Positions 1 to 9,943 of a stretch of DNA of 64,000 nucleotides are shown one piece after another. The DNA is from a bacterium (GTDB taxonomy: Bacteria; Desulfobacterota; Desulfocorpusculales; Desulfocorpusculum): NCBI GenBank assembly GCA_037481695.1, contig JBBFLE010000020.1:1721-65720 (forward strand), given 5' to 3'. The first letter of the stretch is position 1, and each line of letters starts with the position of its first letter. The notes under the pieces are model-generated. The model did not search any database. It saw only the letters and a list, made by a program, of their open reading frames with translations, and was not told the DNA's origin. The position numbers and the translations under genes are program-made.

Positions 1-78
1 CTGTTCCTTGAATGCCTGGCCTATATTTCTTGCAGTTTCCGTCAAATGTCACCTCAAAGAAGCCCTGGGTACCTGCCT

Positions 79-825
79 TCATACACCGAAATAGGCTGAT
101 TTCACCTCTGGGTCATCCATGAGCTCCTTGCCTGGCCCAGAAAGAGTCATCATGCCGTTTTCAATCACGTATGCATAGTCCAAGATGGGCAGTAAGGGCC
201 TGGCAAATTGCTCTGCCACCAGAATGGTCACTTCGGCTTCCTCTCTTATCTTGACTATAGTTTCCACCAAATGACGCTGCATGAGAGGACTCAGACCCAA
301 AAGGGGTTCATCCAGAAGCAAGACTCTGGGGGCTGTTACAAGGGCCATTCCTACTGCCAGCATCTGCTGCTCTCCACCGCTTAGAAACCCGGCACGCTTC
401 CTGCGGTGCTGTGTCAACTGGGGGAAAAGCCTGAAGACCAACTTGATAGCTTCCACCATTTGACCGCGCCTCTTAAGGTATCCTGCTATGCGCAGATTTT
501 CCATGACATCGCTTTCCGGAAAAATAGGGTGGCGCTCCCTGCAAAGCACTATACCTCTTTGTACCCGCTGGGGGGGTCTCAAGCCTGAGATATCCTCCCC
601 TTCATAAAAGATCTGACCCAACAAGGTGATACGTTCCCCACCTCGTCTGAGCTCTCTTGTTCTCATTTCCACTATGAGTCCCGAAAGCGTGTGCATAAGG
701 GTCGTTTTGCCGGCGCTGTTGGAACCGATCACCCCTCTTACCTGCCCTTTGGGTAACTCTATGCTTAGGTCATTTATGGCCAAGGCATTCTCAAAAAAAA
801 CCATCAGACCCTGTGCCTGAAGCAT
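79..825 (-). CDS. livF: Branched-chain amino acid ABC transporter, ATP-binding protein (LivF type)
   Basis: 248 aa. Walker A GSNSAGKTT, ABC signature LSGGEQQML, Walker B LLLDEP. RBS GGAGGG sits 4-5 nt upstream of the ATG. Last gene of the liv-like cluster. Confidence 0.9.
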   Translation of the reverse strand: MLQAQGLMVFFENALAINDLSIELPKGQVRGVIGSNSAGKTTLMHTLSGLIVEMRTRELRRGGERITLLGQIFYEGEDISGLRPPQRVQRGIVLCRERHPIFPESDVMENLRIAGYLKRRGQMVEAIKLVFRLFPQLTQHRRKRAGFLSGGEQQMLAVGMALVTAPRVLLLDEPLLGLSPLMQRHLVETIVKIREEAEVTILVAEQFARPLLPILDYAYVIENGMMTLSGPGKELMDDPEVKSAYFGV

Positions 826-959
826 TGCTCCCTCCAGGTTTCTCCAAGGCGAGAGTCACTTCCGAAATCTAGAACCCGCCACTTCCCGGGAAGATGCTGC
901 TTTGGAATTTCGGGCTTCCAGCAAAGGCAAGATCCGCCCATGTCCAATTCCATACTTGT

Positions 960-1712
960 TCAGCCCTCTGTGCCTAGATAGGCCTTTTTCACCTCTTCAC
1001 TGTCCATTACTTCGGCCGGGCTGCCTTCTGCTATCTTTTGCCCAAAATTGAGAACCATGACCCTATCCACTATCCTAAAAAGCTCTCTCAAACGGTGTTC
1101 AACTAGAATGAGGCAGCGACCTTCCATCTGGAGTTTCTCTATTATGGGCACGGTGGAGGCCACCTCTGCCAGGCTAAGCCCAGAGAAAAGCTCGTCCAGC
1201 AAAATGAGATCCGGGCTTATGGCCATACACCTGGCCAGCTCAAGTCGCTTAAGGTAACCATGGGGAAGAACGCTGGCTGGTTTGAATGGAACCGAAGAAT
1301 CGCGTTCAAAGCCCACCTCTTCCAGGAGGTCCAATGCCACGGTCTGTCTGTGTCCGTAGCTCCCCCCAGACAAAGAGCGCACTCTGGGGGAATAAAGAGG
1401 CACGACCAGGTTCTTGTATGCGGCAAGCCCGTAGAAGGGACGAGCCATTTGAAAAGTCCTTGCAATGCCCATTCTGGCTATGGAGTAAGGAGCCATGCCG
1501 GTAATGACTTTTCCTTTGAATCTCACTTGCCCGGAATCAGGTTTCACAAATCCGGTTATCAGATTGACCAGGGTGGTTTTCCCGGAGCCGTTGGGACCTA
1601 TGATCCCCAAGGATTCTCCCTCTTTCAGATCAAAGGAAATCCGGTCCACCGCCCGAACCCCTCCGAAGTCCTTTGTGAGCTCCCGAACCTGTAGGATAAT
1701 TGATTCTTTCAT
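960..1712 (-). CDS. livG: Branched-chain amino acid ABC transporter, ATP-binding protein (LivG type)
   Basis: Walker A GPNGSGKTT, Walker B LILLDE. Start moved to ATG 1712 (MKESIILQV...) because it forms an ATGA overlap with the livM stop at 1709-1711. Confidence 0.9.
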   Translation of the reverse strand: MKESIILQVRELTKDFGGVRAVDRISFDLKEGESLGIIGPNGSGKTTLVNLITGFVKPDSGQVRFKGKVITGMAPYSIARMGIARTFQMARPFYGLAAYKNLVVPLYSPRVRSLSGGSYGHRQTVALDLLEEVGFERDSSVPFKPASVLPHGYLKRLELARCMAISPDLILLDELFSGLSLAEVASTVPIIEKLQMEGRCLILVEHRLRELFRIVDRVMVLNFGQKIAEGSPAEVMDSEEVKKAYLGTEG

Positions 1713-2722
1713 GACTCCACGGCTGTCCAACGTTCGAACTGGTGGTACTTGCGCCTCAGATAATGGAAAAGCCCCTCTGGTAATCCAACTATGAAAATCA
1801 CGAGGAAGACCCCATAGAAGACTATCCTGAGAGCTCCCAGTGCTCTGAGGGCCTCGGAAAGTGGCACCAGTAAGAAGGCCCCCAGAGCCGGGCCTGCGAT
1901 GCTACCCATGCCTCCCACCACCGCTGCAGTGATGGGAAGTATTGAATAGTCCAGGGCGAAGACAGGCATGCCTACAAACATATAGGCATGTGTCATGAAA
2001 GCCCCTGCCAGAGCGCCCAGGCAGCCGGCTAAGAATAAGGCTTGTGCCCTGAACCAATGGGCATTTATGCCAGAGCTTATGACACTGCGGTCGTTGTCCC
2101 TGATGCCCTGTAATACCAATCCGTAGTCGGTGCCCAGGATTCTTCGGTATCCGAAAAGAGCTGCCAGAAATGCCCCCAAACTCAAGACCAGCTCCACTCC
2201 CAGATTGGGAAATCCCTGGATACCGCTCAAGCCCTCTGTGCCCCCTAGAACTTTTGTGGCCTCTATGATGCGAACCAGCATCAGGGGAAGAACCAGGGTC
2301 ACCATGGAGAAATAGATGCCTCGAAGTCTCAACACCGGGGCCAGGAGAATGGTGCAGATACCCCCTCCCAATAGGCTAGCCACCGGAATCGTGAACCACC
2401 ACGGCCAGCCCCAGGCATGATGTAGTGTCCCGGCCAAGTAGGCTCCTACACCAAAAAAAAGAGCTTGTCCCAGGGAAACCAAACCAGCGCACACCAGAAA
2501 ATCCCAGCTCATGGCCAGGATCCCGAAGATGGCACTTGTGACAAGCACTTTCTTCCAGTAAACAGGCAGTCCCAAAGCCAGGCAAAACAGCACCAGAAGT
2601 GGCACTACTCTGGGACACAGCAGATACAGGAGCTCTCTCCATGAACTGAGGGCAAATATATCCTCTGATCGGGCTTTGATGCCCCTGTCCAAGCGTTCTT
2701 TCCTGCCGTGGCGTTGGCCCAT
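1709..2722 (-). CDS. livM: Branched-chain amino acid ABC transporter permease (LivM type)
   Basis: 337-aa polytopic membrane protein. RBS AGGAGG lies upstream. Stop overlaps the livG start. Position and hydrophobic profile fit LivM. Confidence 0.85.
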   Translation of the reverse strand: MGQRHGRKERLDRGIKARSEDIFALSSWRELLYLLCPRVVPLLVLFCLALGLPVYWKKVLVTSAIFGILAMSWDFLVCAGLVSLGQALFFGVGAYLAGTLHHAWGWPWWFTIPVASLLGGGICTILLAPVLRLRGIYFSMVTLVLPLMLVRIIEATKVLGGTEGLSGIQGFPNLGVELVLSLGAFLAALFGYRRILGTDYGLVLQGIRDNDRSVISSGINAHWFRAQALFLAGCLGALAGAFMTHAYMFVGMPVFALDYSILPITAAVVGGMGSIAGPALGAFLLVPLSEALRALGALRIVFYGVFLVIFIVGLPEGLFHYLRRKYHQFERWTAVES

Positions 2723-2856
2723 GGCCTCCTAATTCCTATTTCAGAGCTGGCTTCCCAAAGAATCCTTGTGGGGTTTTTGGCACCCACAGCCTGGCAGGCC
2801 CATCCCAAGAGCCTTGCAGCTCCTCAATTTCCTCTCCTGGCCTGTGATCACAAGCC

Positions 2857-3729
2857 TCATATCCTCTCCTCCAGTTCTTTCTGCTTGCCCAAGAGGCCTG
2901 AAGGCTTGATGCCCAGTATGAGAAGAATGGCCAAGAGATTCACTATCATCATCCAATGTGAGCCCAGGTACATGGAGGTGATGGACTGGGCCATTCCCAA
3001 GACAAAGCTAGCGATCACCATACCCAACGCACTTCCCAGGCCCCCCACTATGCAGACCGCCAAGGCCTCTAACAAGACATCATAGCCTGCATCCACAGAT
3101 ATAGTTCCGATGGGAAGTATGACCACTGCGGCTAATGCACAAAGGCCTCCACCAAAGGACATGGCAAGGGTAGCTATTCTGTCCGAGTCGATCCCTAGGC
3201 AAAGGGCAGTGTATTCATCCTGAGCTATGCCTCTGAAGGCCCGACCTGTGCGCGTATAGCGAGTGAAAAACCAAAGGAAGGTGGTGAGCCCTCCCCCCAA
3301 GACAAGGATGGAGACCCTCTGTAAATCCAAAAAAAGATTACCTATCTGAACTGAGCCCTCTGCAAAGACAGGCAAGGTATACTGGAAACCTATAAAGCCC
3401 AAGTAGCGAAAGAACTCCAGAATTGCCAAACCGATTCCAAAGGTAGCTATGACCTCTGAGATCACCATCCCACGGATGCGCACTAGCACTACCTTGTATA
3501 GCAAGGCTCCCAGTAAAGAGGTACCTATGACCATTAAGGGAATGGCTATACCAAGGGGCAGGCCCACTCTCTGCAGCAACATCCAGGTGCCGTAACCAGC
3601 CAAGACATACATGGCCCCGTAAGAGAAATTGGCTATGCCGCTTATACCAAAGGTCAGATTGAATCCCAATGCCACAAGAGCCAAGCTGACCGAGTTCACA
3701 ACACCATAGAGCAGAGCACCCCATAACAT
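2857..3729 (-). CDS. livH: Branched-chain amino acid ABC transporter permease (LivH type)
   Basis: 290-aa polytopic membrane protein with a LivH-like N-terminus (LLYGVVNSVSLALVALGFNLTFG). Lies between the binding-protein and livM genes. Confidence 0.85.
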   Translation of the reverse strand: MLWGALLYGVVNSVSLALVALGFNLTFGISGIANFSYGAMYVLAGYGTWMLLQRVGLPLGIAIPLMVIGTSLLGALLYKVVLVRIRGMVISEVIATFGIGLAILEFFRYLGFIGFQYTLPVFAEGSVQIGNLFLDLQRVSILVLGGGLTTFLWFFTRYTRTGRAFRGIAQDEYTALCLGIDSDRIATLAMSFGGGLCALAAVVILPIGTISVDAGYDVLLEALAVCIVGGLGSALGMVIASFVLGMAQSITSMYLGSHWMMIVNLLAILLILGIKPSGLLGKQKELEERI

Positions 3730-3928
3730 GGACAGGACAAAGGCCTCCCGTGCCTTAATGCATGCTTTTTACCGCCTGCACACCATGCTGATTCATCAAC
3801 TGGCTTCTCTCTACAAAACACTACCCCCCAGCCTGATCTTTTTCCCTTGGGCCTAAGATCGGCTTTGGACAAATACATCTTGACTCATGCCTGGACCTGA
3901 AGCCCTGGATCCTCAAACTAAGCTGCTC

Positions 3929-3965
3929 GGGCAGACATTTGGCTCAGGTCTTATATGGTCTGCCC
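3929..3965 (-). other. Stem-loop immediately downstream of the binding-protein gene (possible mRNA stabiliser or partial terminator)
   Basis: GGGCAGAC (3929-3936) pairs with GTCTGCCC (3958-3965): 8-bp stem, 21-nt loop, 9 nt after the livK-like stop. No U-tract. Confidence 0.3.
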
Positions 3966-3973
3966 TCTTTTTC

Positions 3974-5251
3974 TTAACGTGCCGGTTTTATCCAATCTGG
4001 CAGTTTGACTTTGGCCTCAGCCACACTCTCTGGGTAAACCACGACACGTTTGCCGCCCTTTTCCCATTGAATAACGCAGCCCAAGGCCGCCTGAGTGGGG
4101 TCCTCCCCGAATACTGCCTGGTGTCCCTGGTCAAAACGGATTCTGCCGATTGCCCCGGATCTATCAGACTTTTCCAGCTCCGAAACAATGGCTTCTGCAT
4201 CCACCTTTGCTGCCCTTTCCAGGGCCTCGGCCAATAGATATACCGAGTCGTAAGAAGGTGCAGGGCCGTGTCCAGACTGCACTTCTTTGCCCCATCTCTT
4301 CTTGTAAGCTTCATAGAAGGCAACAGAAGCTGGCACCTTGGGGACCGGGATATTCCCGATCTCGAAAATGGCGTTTAGAGCTCCGTCTATTTTACCCTCG
4401 AAGGTCTTCCAGGCCTCGGAGCCCGACATTGGGGAGATAAAACCGGCCATGAGGGCGCCCACCTTCATGCTGTTCCATTGCTTCACCAGGATTCCGCTCT
4501 GAGGCATATCGAATACTGGCATTATCACCTGGGCTCCGGCAGCCCTGGCCTTCAGCAATCCGGCCGAGAAATCCGAAGCGCCTGTGGGATATGCCTCTAT
4601 GCCCAGGATCTCCCAGCCTGCTGCCTTGAGAATCTCAGCCACCTTCTCTGCAGTGCCTCTGGCCCACAGCACGTCTTGGTGCATCACGAAAAGCTTTTTG
4701 AAGCCGAATTCCTTTTCCAGGTGTTTCATCATCCCTACCAGGTAACCGACGAGATACTTGGCATTTAGGCAAGTCCTGAAAACATAGCGATACTTGTCGG
4801 GCTCTTTCTTGATTTTTTCCTCCGAGGCAGGAGTCATGGCTATGGTTCCCAACAGGGGCACCTTATACTTGGCCAGCATGTCCATGCCAGCTAGAAGAGC
4901 CTCGGAACGAAACGGCCCTACTACCATGGCGTGCACTTTTTTCTCCAATATCATCTTTTCCATGCCCAACAAAGCTTCTGGGACTGGCACGCCCGGGGCC
5001 GCATCCCTGATGTCTATAGATTCGAGGGCCAGCTTTTTCTTGGAGCCTGCCAGGCTGACACCTCCTTTGGCATTTATCTCTTCTACGGCCAGGGTTGCAG
5101 CCTTGAGACTCTCGTCGCCTTCCAGGAAGCCTGTGGAAGTGGCCACTCCGACCACCACAGTATCCGACTGTGGTAGGGCCTGGTTTGTAAAGCACCAGTT
5201 CCCAACAAACACACCAATTGCGATCCACGCCAAGAGTTTCCATCGTGCCAT
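3974..5251 (-). CDS. ABC transporter periplasmic substrate-binding protein (LivK/LivJ family, type 1 PBP)
   Basis: 425 aa with an N-terminal signal peptide (MARWKLLAWIAIGVFVG...). First gene of the liv-like cluster. Leu/Ile/Val-binding-protein-like sequence. Confidence 0.85.
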   Translation of the reverse strand: MARWKLLAWIAIGVFVGNWCFTNQALPQSDTVVVGVATSTGFLEGDESLKAATLAVEEINAKGGVSLAGSKKKLALESIDIRDAAPGVPVPEALLGMEKMILEKKVHAMVVGPFRSEALLAGMDMLAKYKVPLLGTIAMTPASEEKIKKEPDKYRYVFRTCLNAKYLVGYLVGMMKHLEKEFGFKKLFVMHQDVLWARGTAEKVAEILKAAGWEILGIEAYPTGASDFSAGLLKARAAGAQVIMPVFDMPQSGILVKQWNSMKVGALMAGFISPMSGSEAWKTFEGKIDGALNAIFEIGNIPVPKVPASVAFYEAYKKRWGKEVQSGHGPAPSYDSVYLLAEALERAAKVDAEAIVSELEKSDRSGAIGRIRFDQGHQAVFGEDPTQAALGCVIQWEKGGKRVVVYPESVAEAKVKLPDWIKPAR

Positions 5252-5539
5252 CTTCGACCTCCTTTGGTTTGGCCCCAGGCCCTGGACCCTTTTTGTGCTT
5301 TGACCAGAAGGGACCTGGACAATTAATGACCTTGGGCAAGAAAAACCAGCACCTCATGGCCACCGGAAGTTTCCTGCCAAGATCAAGCAGGGTGATTCTC
5401 TCCAGGATTAAAGCCCAATTTACTAGTGCCATGTTCAACGTGTCAAGAGATCAATCTTGCCTCTGCCACAAATGCGCATCGGCAAATGAGCATCTTCTGA
5501 CTGCTTGCTTAAAGTCTTGGGGAGCAAAAAGTTCTTGAT

Positions 5540-8059
5540 TCAGTCATATCTGTTGGGGCCAGCATCTGGCAGAAAGGCTCCCCCGGGGTCTTTGCTCAGA
5601 AGGATCTTGTGATTTCTGCGTGTCAAGAAAGTCTTTAACTCCAGGGCCTTGCCGTCTGTCTCCAGGCTCACCATTCCGTCCTCGCCAGTATGAAATATCT
5701 CAGCGCCCAGCTCCCTGTACCTTTGTAGAACCTGGGGATGAACCAGCCCGCCCTGGCCTGCCTTGGAGGAAAAGATCACAATGCGGGGCATTACTCTTTT
5801 GACAAAATCCTCGGTGCTGGAACTCCTGCTTCCATGATGCGGGGCCAGAAGTACAGTACAGGCAAGATCTTCCCTATCCAGCAGGAGTCTTTCTGCCTCG
5901 GCCTCCACGTCACCGGGCAGCAAGACCGACACCTCTCCCATATTGACTCTCAAGACCAAAGAGCGATTGTTTGTCTCAGAAGCCCTGCTCTTAGACCTGA
6001 GAGGTAAACCTTGACAGGGAGGATGCAAGACCTCCAGCCGGGCCTGTCCCATGTACCAGGTTTCTTTGCTGCAAAGGGCCCTGGGTGTCCACCCCAGATT
6101 CTGGACTGCCTTCACAAACTCCAGGTAACTTTCATCACGGGGCCGGTGTCCGTTGTCCCAAATCCCATCCTTGACTTTGAAGGCGCGCAATATGAAAAAA
6201 AGGCCTCCCAGGTGGTCTGGATGGGGATGGCTCAGGATGATCCTGCTTAGGCTCATTATTCTTCTGTCCCACAACACAGGAGCAACACACATGGCCCCCA
6301 CATCAGGCCGGCCTTCCAGGTTCCCTCCTCCATCCAACAAGAGGCTTTTCCCCCCAGGAGCCTCCATCAGTACAGAGGTACCATTGCCCACCGCTATGAA
6401 GTGAAGCCTTAGGTTTTGATCACGGAGCTTCGCGACCCATTGCCCTGTCCATAGAAAGATCAGCACAAGCACCAAGCCCAGGGTTGCCCGGCCTGCCCAT
6501 GGGACTTGCCGAATGGAACAAACTCCTAGGCATATCAAGTAAAAAATCACTATTTCCCAGAATCTGGGAGTAGGAAGATAGAAAACCCCGCCCCATGAAG
6601 CTGCCCAGAAGATTATTCTCATGACCCAATCGGTCATCCAGCAGGCCACCCACAAGAGGGCCAGCCCGGCAGCTTCCCATACGAGGCTAAGAAAGCCTCC
6701 CAAAAGAGCCATGGGCAAGATCAGCCACCCCAGTACAGGCAATCCCAAGAGATTTGCCGGAATTGAATAAACAGGCACCAAGTGGAAGTGCATGACCACC
6801 AAAGGCAAGGTGACAAAAGAAGCCACTAGGGTGGTAAGCGCTGCTAGCAGAGTTTTTTCCCAGGGGATCCAATTCCATTTCTTATTGGATGGGGAGGGGC
6901 TTTGATCCTTTGGGGGCAGAAGGGCCATGAGTTTGGGTACACAGTAAATAATGCCCATTACTGCCAGAAACGAGAGCTGGAAGGAGAGCTCGAACAGGGA
7001 AGAAGGATTGAGTACCAAGATGATCAAGGCGGCCAGGGCCAAAGCATGATAGAGCCTTCGCACCCGGTCCATGATGAGGGCTCCGGCCAGGGCCAGGACC
7101 ATGATCAAAGAGCGTTGCACAGAGGGGGTCATCCCGGCCAGGATGCCGTAAGCCAGAAGTGTTGGTATTGTCATAATCCAGGCCAGTTTTTGGATGGGAA
7201 ACCTCAAGACAAGCCCTGGCCATAAACTGAGTAATTTCATAGAAACCCAGTACACACCCAAAGCTACCAGCCCAAAATGAAGCCCGCTTACGGCCAGAAT
7301 GTGGGATAGCCCCAGCGTTGCAAAGGCCTCCCTATGCTTTGGTGGCAGCGCTTTGGCCTGGCCCACGATCAGAGCCAAGAGAACTTCCTTGGCTGGACTG
7401 GGCAGTTCCATGCTGATCAGTCGGGTGAGCTCCCAACGAAGGTCTTCCACCTGCTGTCTGACCCAAAGGCCTCGGCCCCGTTCCATTAAGAGCGCATGCT
7501 CTGCATCGGGCAGAAATCCAAGGAATGCTACACCCCTCAAGGCCAAGCTGCGGGCTCTGTCTGGGGCTCCGGGATTGAGTCGGCGCTCTGGAAGCCGTAA
7601 TTTTGTCTTGAATCTGAGCCTGTCTCCGTAGCGAAATCTCTCCCCCCCTTTAGCTACGGTTAGAAGCATTCTCACATTGATTTTCTTGGCCTCAAGACCC
7701 TCAAAGAGGGCTCCCAGCTCCACAAGAAGCCTTACCCCATCTGGTCTTAACTCTGGGGGCCTAATCAGCACACCTTCCAAGTCGCAAGGCTCTGTCTCAG
7801 ATTGCGGCAAACCATGTTCCCAAGGAAGATTATTTGCTGTTCCCCGCTGCCCGTGCCAGGCTCCCAATGTTAAGAAAACAAAAAAGGCCATAATCCTTTG
7901 TGCAACCACAAGTTTGTCTTTGGTCCCAAGGAGGATCCAACCACCCAAGAACAGGAAAAAGGAAATCACCCAAAGAAGCTGCAGGCACAAGAGACTCCCA
8001 CAAAGAATCCCACTAGCGAAGGCCAGCACCAGGATCGGGAAAAGGCGGGCACCAGACAA
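5540..8059 (-). CDS. comEC: DNA internalisation-related competence protein ComEC/Rec2
   Basis: 839 aa. Polytopic competence domain plus a C-terminal metallo-beta-lactamase motif SHPHPDHLGG. Confidence 0.9.
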   Translation of the reverse strand: MSGARLFPILVLAFASGILCGSLLCLQLLWVISFFLFLGGWILLGTKDKLVVAQRIMAFFVFLTLGAWHGQRGTANNLPWEHGLPQSETEPCDLEGVLIRPPELRPDGVRLLVELGALFEGLEAKKINVRMLLTVAKGGERFRYGDRLRFKTKLRLPERRLNPGAPDRARSLALRGVAFLGFLPDAEHALLMERGRGLWVRQQVEDLRWELTRLISMELPSPAKEVLLALIVGQAKALPPKHREAFATLGLSHILAVSGLHFGLVALGVYWVSMKLLSLWPGLVLRFPIQKLAWIMTIPTLLAYGILAGMTPSVQRSLIMVLALAGALIMDRVRRLYHALALAALIILVLNPSSLFELSFQLSFLAVMGIIYCVPKLMALLPPKDQSPSPSNKKWNWIPWEKTLLAALTTLVASFVTLPLVVMHFHLVPVYSIPANLLGLPVLGWLILPMALLGGFLSLVWEAAGLALLWVACWMTDWVMRIIFWAASWGGVFYLPTPRFWEIVIFYLICLGVCSIRQVPWAGRATLGLVLVLIFLWTGQWVAKLRDQNLRLHFIAVGNGTSVLMEAPGGKSLLLDGGGNLEGRPDVGAMCVAPVLWDRRIMSLSRIILSHPHPDHLGGLFFILRAFKVKDGIWDNGHRPRDESYLEFVKAVQNLGWTPRALCSKETWYMGQARLEVLHPPCQGLPLRSKSRASETNNRSLVLRVNMGEVSVLLPGDVEAEAERLLLDREDLACTVLLAPHHGSRSSSTEDFVKRVMPRIVIFSSKAGQGGLVHPQVLQRYRELGAEIFHTGEDGMVSLETDGKALELKTFLTRRNHKILLSKDPGGAFLPDAGPNRYD

Positions 8060-8296
8060 AAAACTTCACCTCTCTCGGTGGCCTTATCATACTCGAAAAG
8101 GTCTTTGGGGGGATCATAGCGGCGCTGCCTTGTGTGTCAAGCCCCCAGGGCCACTCAATAGGTGCTCTTTACTGCAAGACAACGCTAGTGTATTTTCTGG
8201 TAGCCTCTGGCACCTGACCGGCAAACCGCTTGTTTCAAGATAGTCCACCTGCGGTCAGGACAGTGGGGAAGGAGATTTTTTTCCAGGCTCTCATGT

Positions 8297-9076
8297 TTGA
8301 GAAAGCATTTTTTGGGGGGACATAAGCGCTTGAACGTTAAAGCAGTGGGGAGAACCCATGTGGGCCGGGTGCGGGGAAACAATGAAGACTGTTTTTGTGT
8401 GGACGAGGAGCTGGGCCTTTTTCTGGTTGCCGACGGAATGGGCGGTCATTCCTCGGGAGAGGTGGCCAGCCGAATGGCTGTGGAGATCCTCCAGCAGGCT
8501 TATGCAGAAGCTGCAGAAGAAGCTACATGGAAGGATAAGCCCCTGGCGGAACAAAAGAGACTCATCCAAAACATACAGATGGCAAACAGGGCAATACATG
8601 AGCTTTCTCTAAAGGAACAGCATTACAGGGGGATGGGAACAACCCTGGCGGGAATTCTCCTTAGGCATGACTTCTTGCTATGTTTCCATGTGGGAGACAG
8701 TCGCATCTACAAGTATAGAGACACCCTTTACCAACTCACCGAGGATCATTCGGTGGTGGCACAGCAGCTCAAAATGGGCCTCCTGAGCGAGGAGCAGGCT
8801 CGCACTTCGAGGATAAAAAACGTGATAACCAGGGCCATAGGTGTGCAGTGGGATGTGGAAGTGGACGTTTCTGTCCAGCACCCGCAAGAGGGAGATATGT
8901 ACATGATTTGCAGTGACGGCCTGTCCGACTTCGTTTCTCTGGAAGCAATGGAGAAGGTGCTTGTGGCCCACAGTGGAGACTTGGAAAAAGCAGCTTCCCG
9001 GCTGGTGGAGGAGGCCTTGGAAAAGGGCGGGCATGATAATATTACGGTTGTACTGATCAGGCTCGAGGCAGCATGA
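8297..9076 (+). CDS. PP2C-family Ser/Thr protein phosphatase (Stp1/PrpC type)
   Basis: Motifs GRVRGNNEDCF, VADGMGGH, CSDGLSD, GGHDNITVV. The track start is TTG 8297. A later TTG at 8330 (MNVKAVGRTH...) is equally plausible. Confidence 0.9.
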   Translation: MRKHFLGGHKRLNVKAVGRTHVGRVRGNNEDCFCVDEELGLFLVADGMGGHSSGEVASRMAVEILQQAYAEAAEEATWKDKPLAEQKRLIQNIQMANRAIHELSLKEQHYRGMGTTLAGILLRHDFLLCFHVGDSRIYKYRDTLYQLTEDHSVVAQQLKMGLLSEEQARTSRIKNVITRAIGVQWDVEVDVSVQHPQEGDMYMICSDGLSDFVSLEAMEKVLVAHSGDLEKAASRLVEEALEKGGHDNITVVLIRLEAA

Positions 9077-9134
9077 CCCGGACTACCGCAGCTCCACCCA
9101 TAGCAAGGAAGAGGCAGGGGGAGGTGGTTTAGCC

Positions 9135-9806
9135 ATGGCCAGGTTGATCGTCAAATTCAGAGGTGCCGTAGTGCAGGAACATCTCCTGGACAAACCATCC
9201 ATCCGCATAGGCAGGAGAGAAGGAAACGACATTCGAATAGACAATCTGGCCGTCTCAGGCAACCACGCAAAGATAGAAAAGATAGATGGATCTTACATAA
9301 TCGTGGATCTAAAGAGCACAAATGGAACCTTTGTGAACAACAAGAAGATAGTTCAGGCCAGGCTTCGCCATTTAGATGAAATAATGATCGGAAAGCACAT
9401 TCTCATATTCGAGGATGAGTCCCAGGAACCTCAGCCAAGGCAAGAAGAATCTCAGCAACTTCCTCCAGAGCCCATTGAGGAGCACTCCCCCAGCAGAACC
9501 ACAGGGGAGTTCACGGGCAAACCAGCGGTGCTCAGATTTCTGGAGCCTGCCCGCCACAGCGAGGTCTTGCTTCACAAGAAGATCACTGTCATAGGCCGAA
9601 GGGAGGATGCTGAAGTCAGACTGCGAGGGCTTTTTGAACCCAAGGTGGCAGCCATCATTGCCAGGAAAGCTAAGGGGTATTCTCTGCTCCCAGAGGCAAA
9701 GGCCAGGGTCCTCTTGAATGGACAACAAATTTCCCAGCGCACGGATTTGAAAAGCGGTGATGTCATAGAGATTGGCTCGCTAAAGCTGGTCTTCTCAGAG
9801 AGCTGA
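9135..9806 (+). CDS. Protein with two FHA domains
   Basis: 223 aa. FHA1: IRIGRREGNDIRIDNLAVSGNHAKI...STNGTFVN. Second, more degenerate FHA: ITVIGRREDAEVRL...LLNGQQI. The two are joined by an acidic, Pro-rich linker. Confidence 0.8.
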   Translation: MARLIVKFRGAVVQEHLLDKPSIRIGRREGNDIRIDNLAVSGNHAKIEKIDGSYIIVDLKSTNGTFVNNKKIVQARLRHLDEIMIGKHILIFEDESQEPQPRQEESQQLPPEPIEEHSPSRTTGEFTGKPAVLRFLEPARHSEVLLHKKITVIGRREDAEVRLRGLFEPKVAAIIARKAKGYSLLPEAKARVLLNGQQISQRTDLKSGDVIEIGSLKLVFSES

Positions 9807-9943
9807 AGGAGTTCATTAAGAATGGTGCTGGCCAAGAGTTTTTATGGAGTGAGGCTTGGAAGCGGATCTGTCTTGGAAGATGGGAATCATCCTTTTAGCA
9901 TAGCAGGCTTGCGCTGGGCAGCCTTGAGCGGACGGGATGGGCA

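Noticed and set aside
2723-2856. The livH-livM and livG-livF spacers are both exactly 134 nt, suggesting a repeated element
   Set aside because: Direct comparison of the two spacers, in both orientations, shows no sequence similarity. The equal length is a coincidence.
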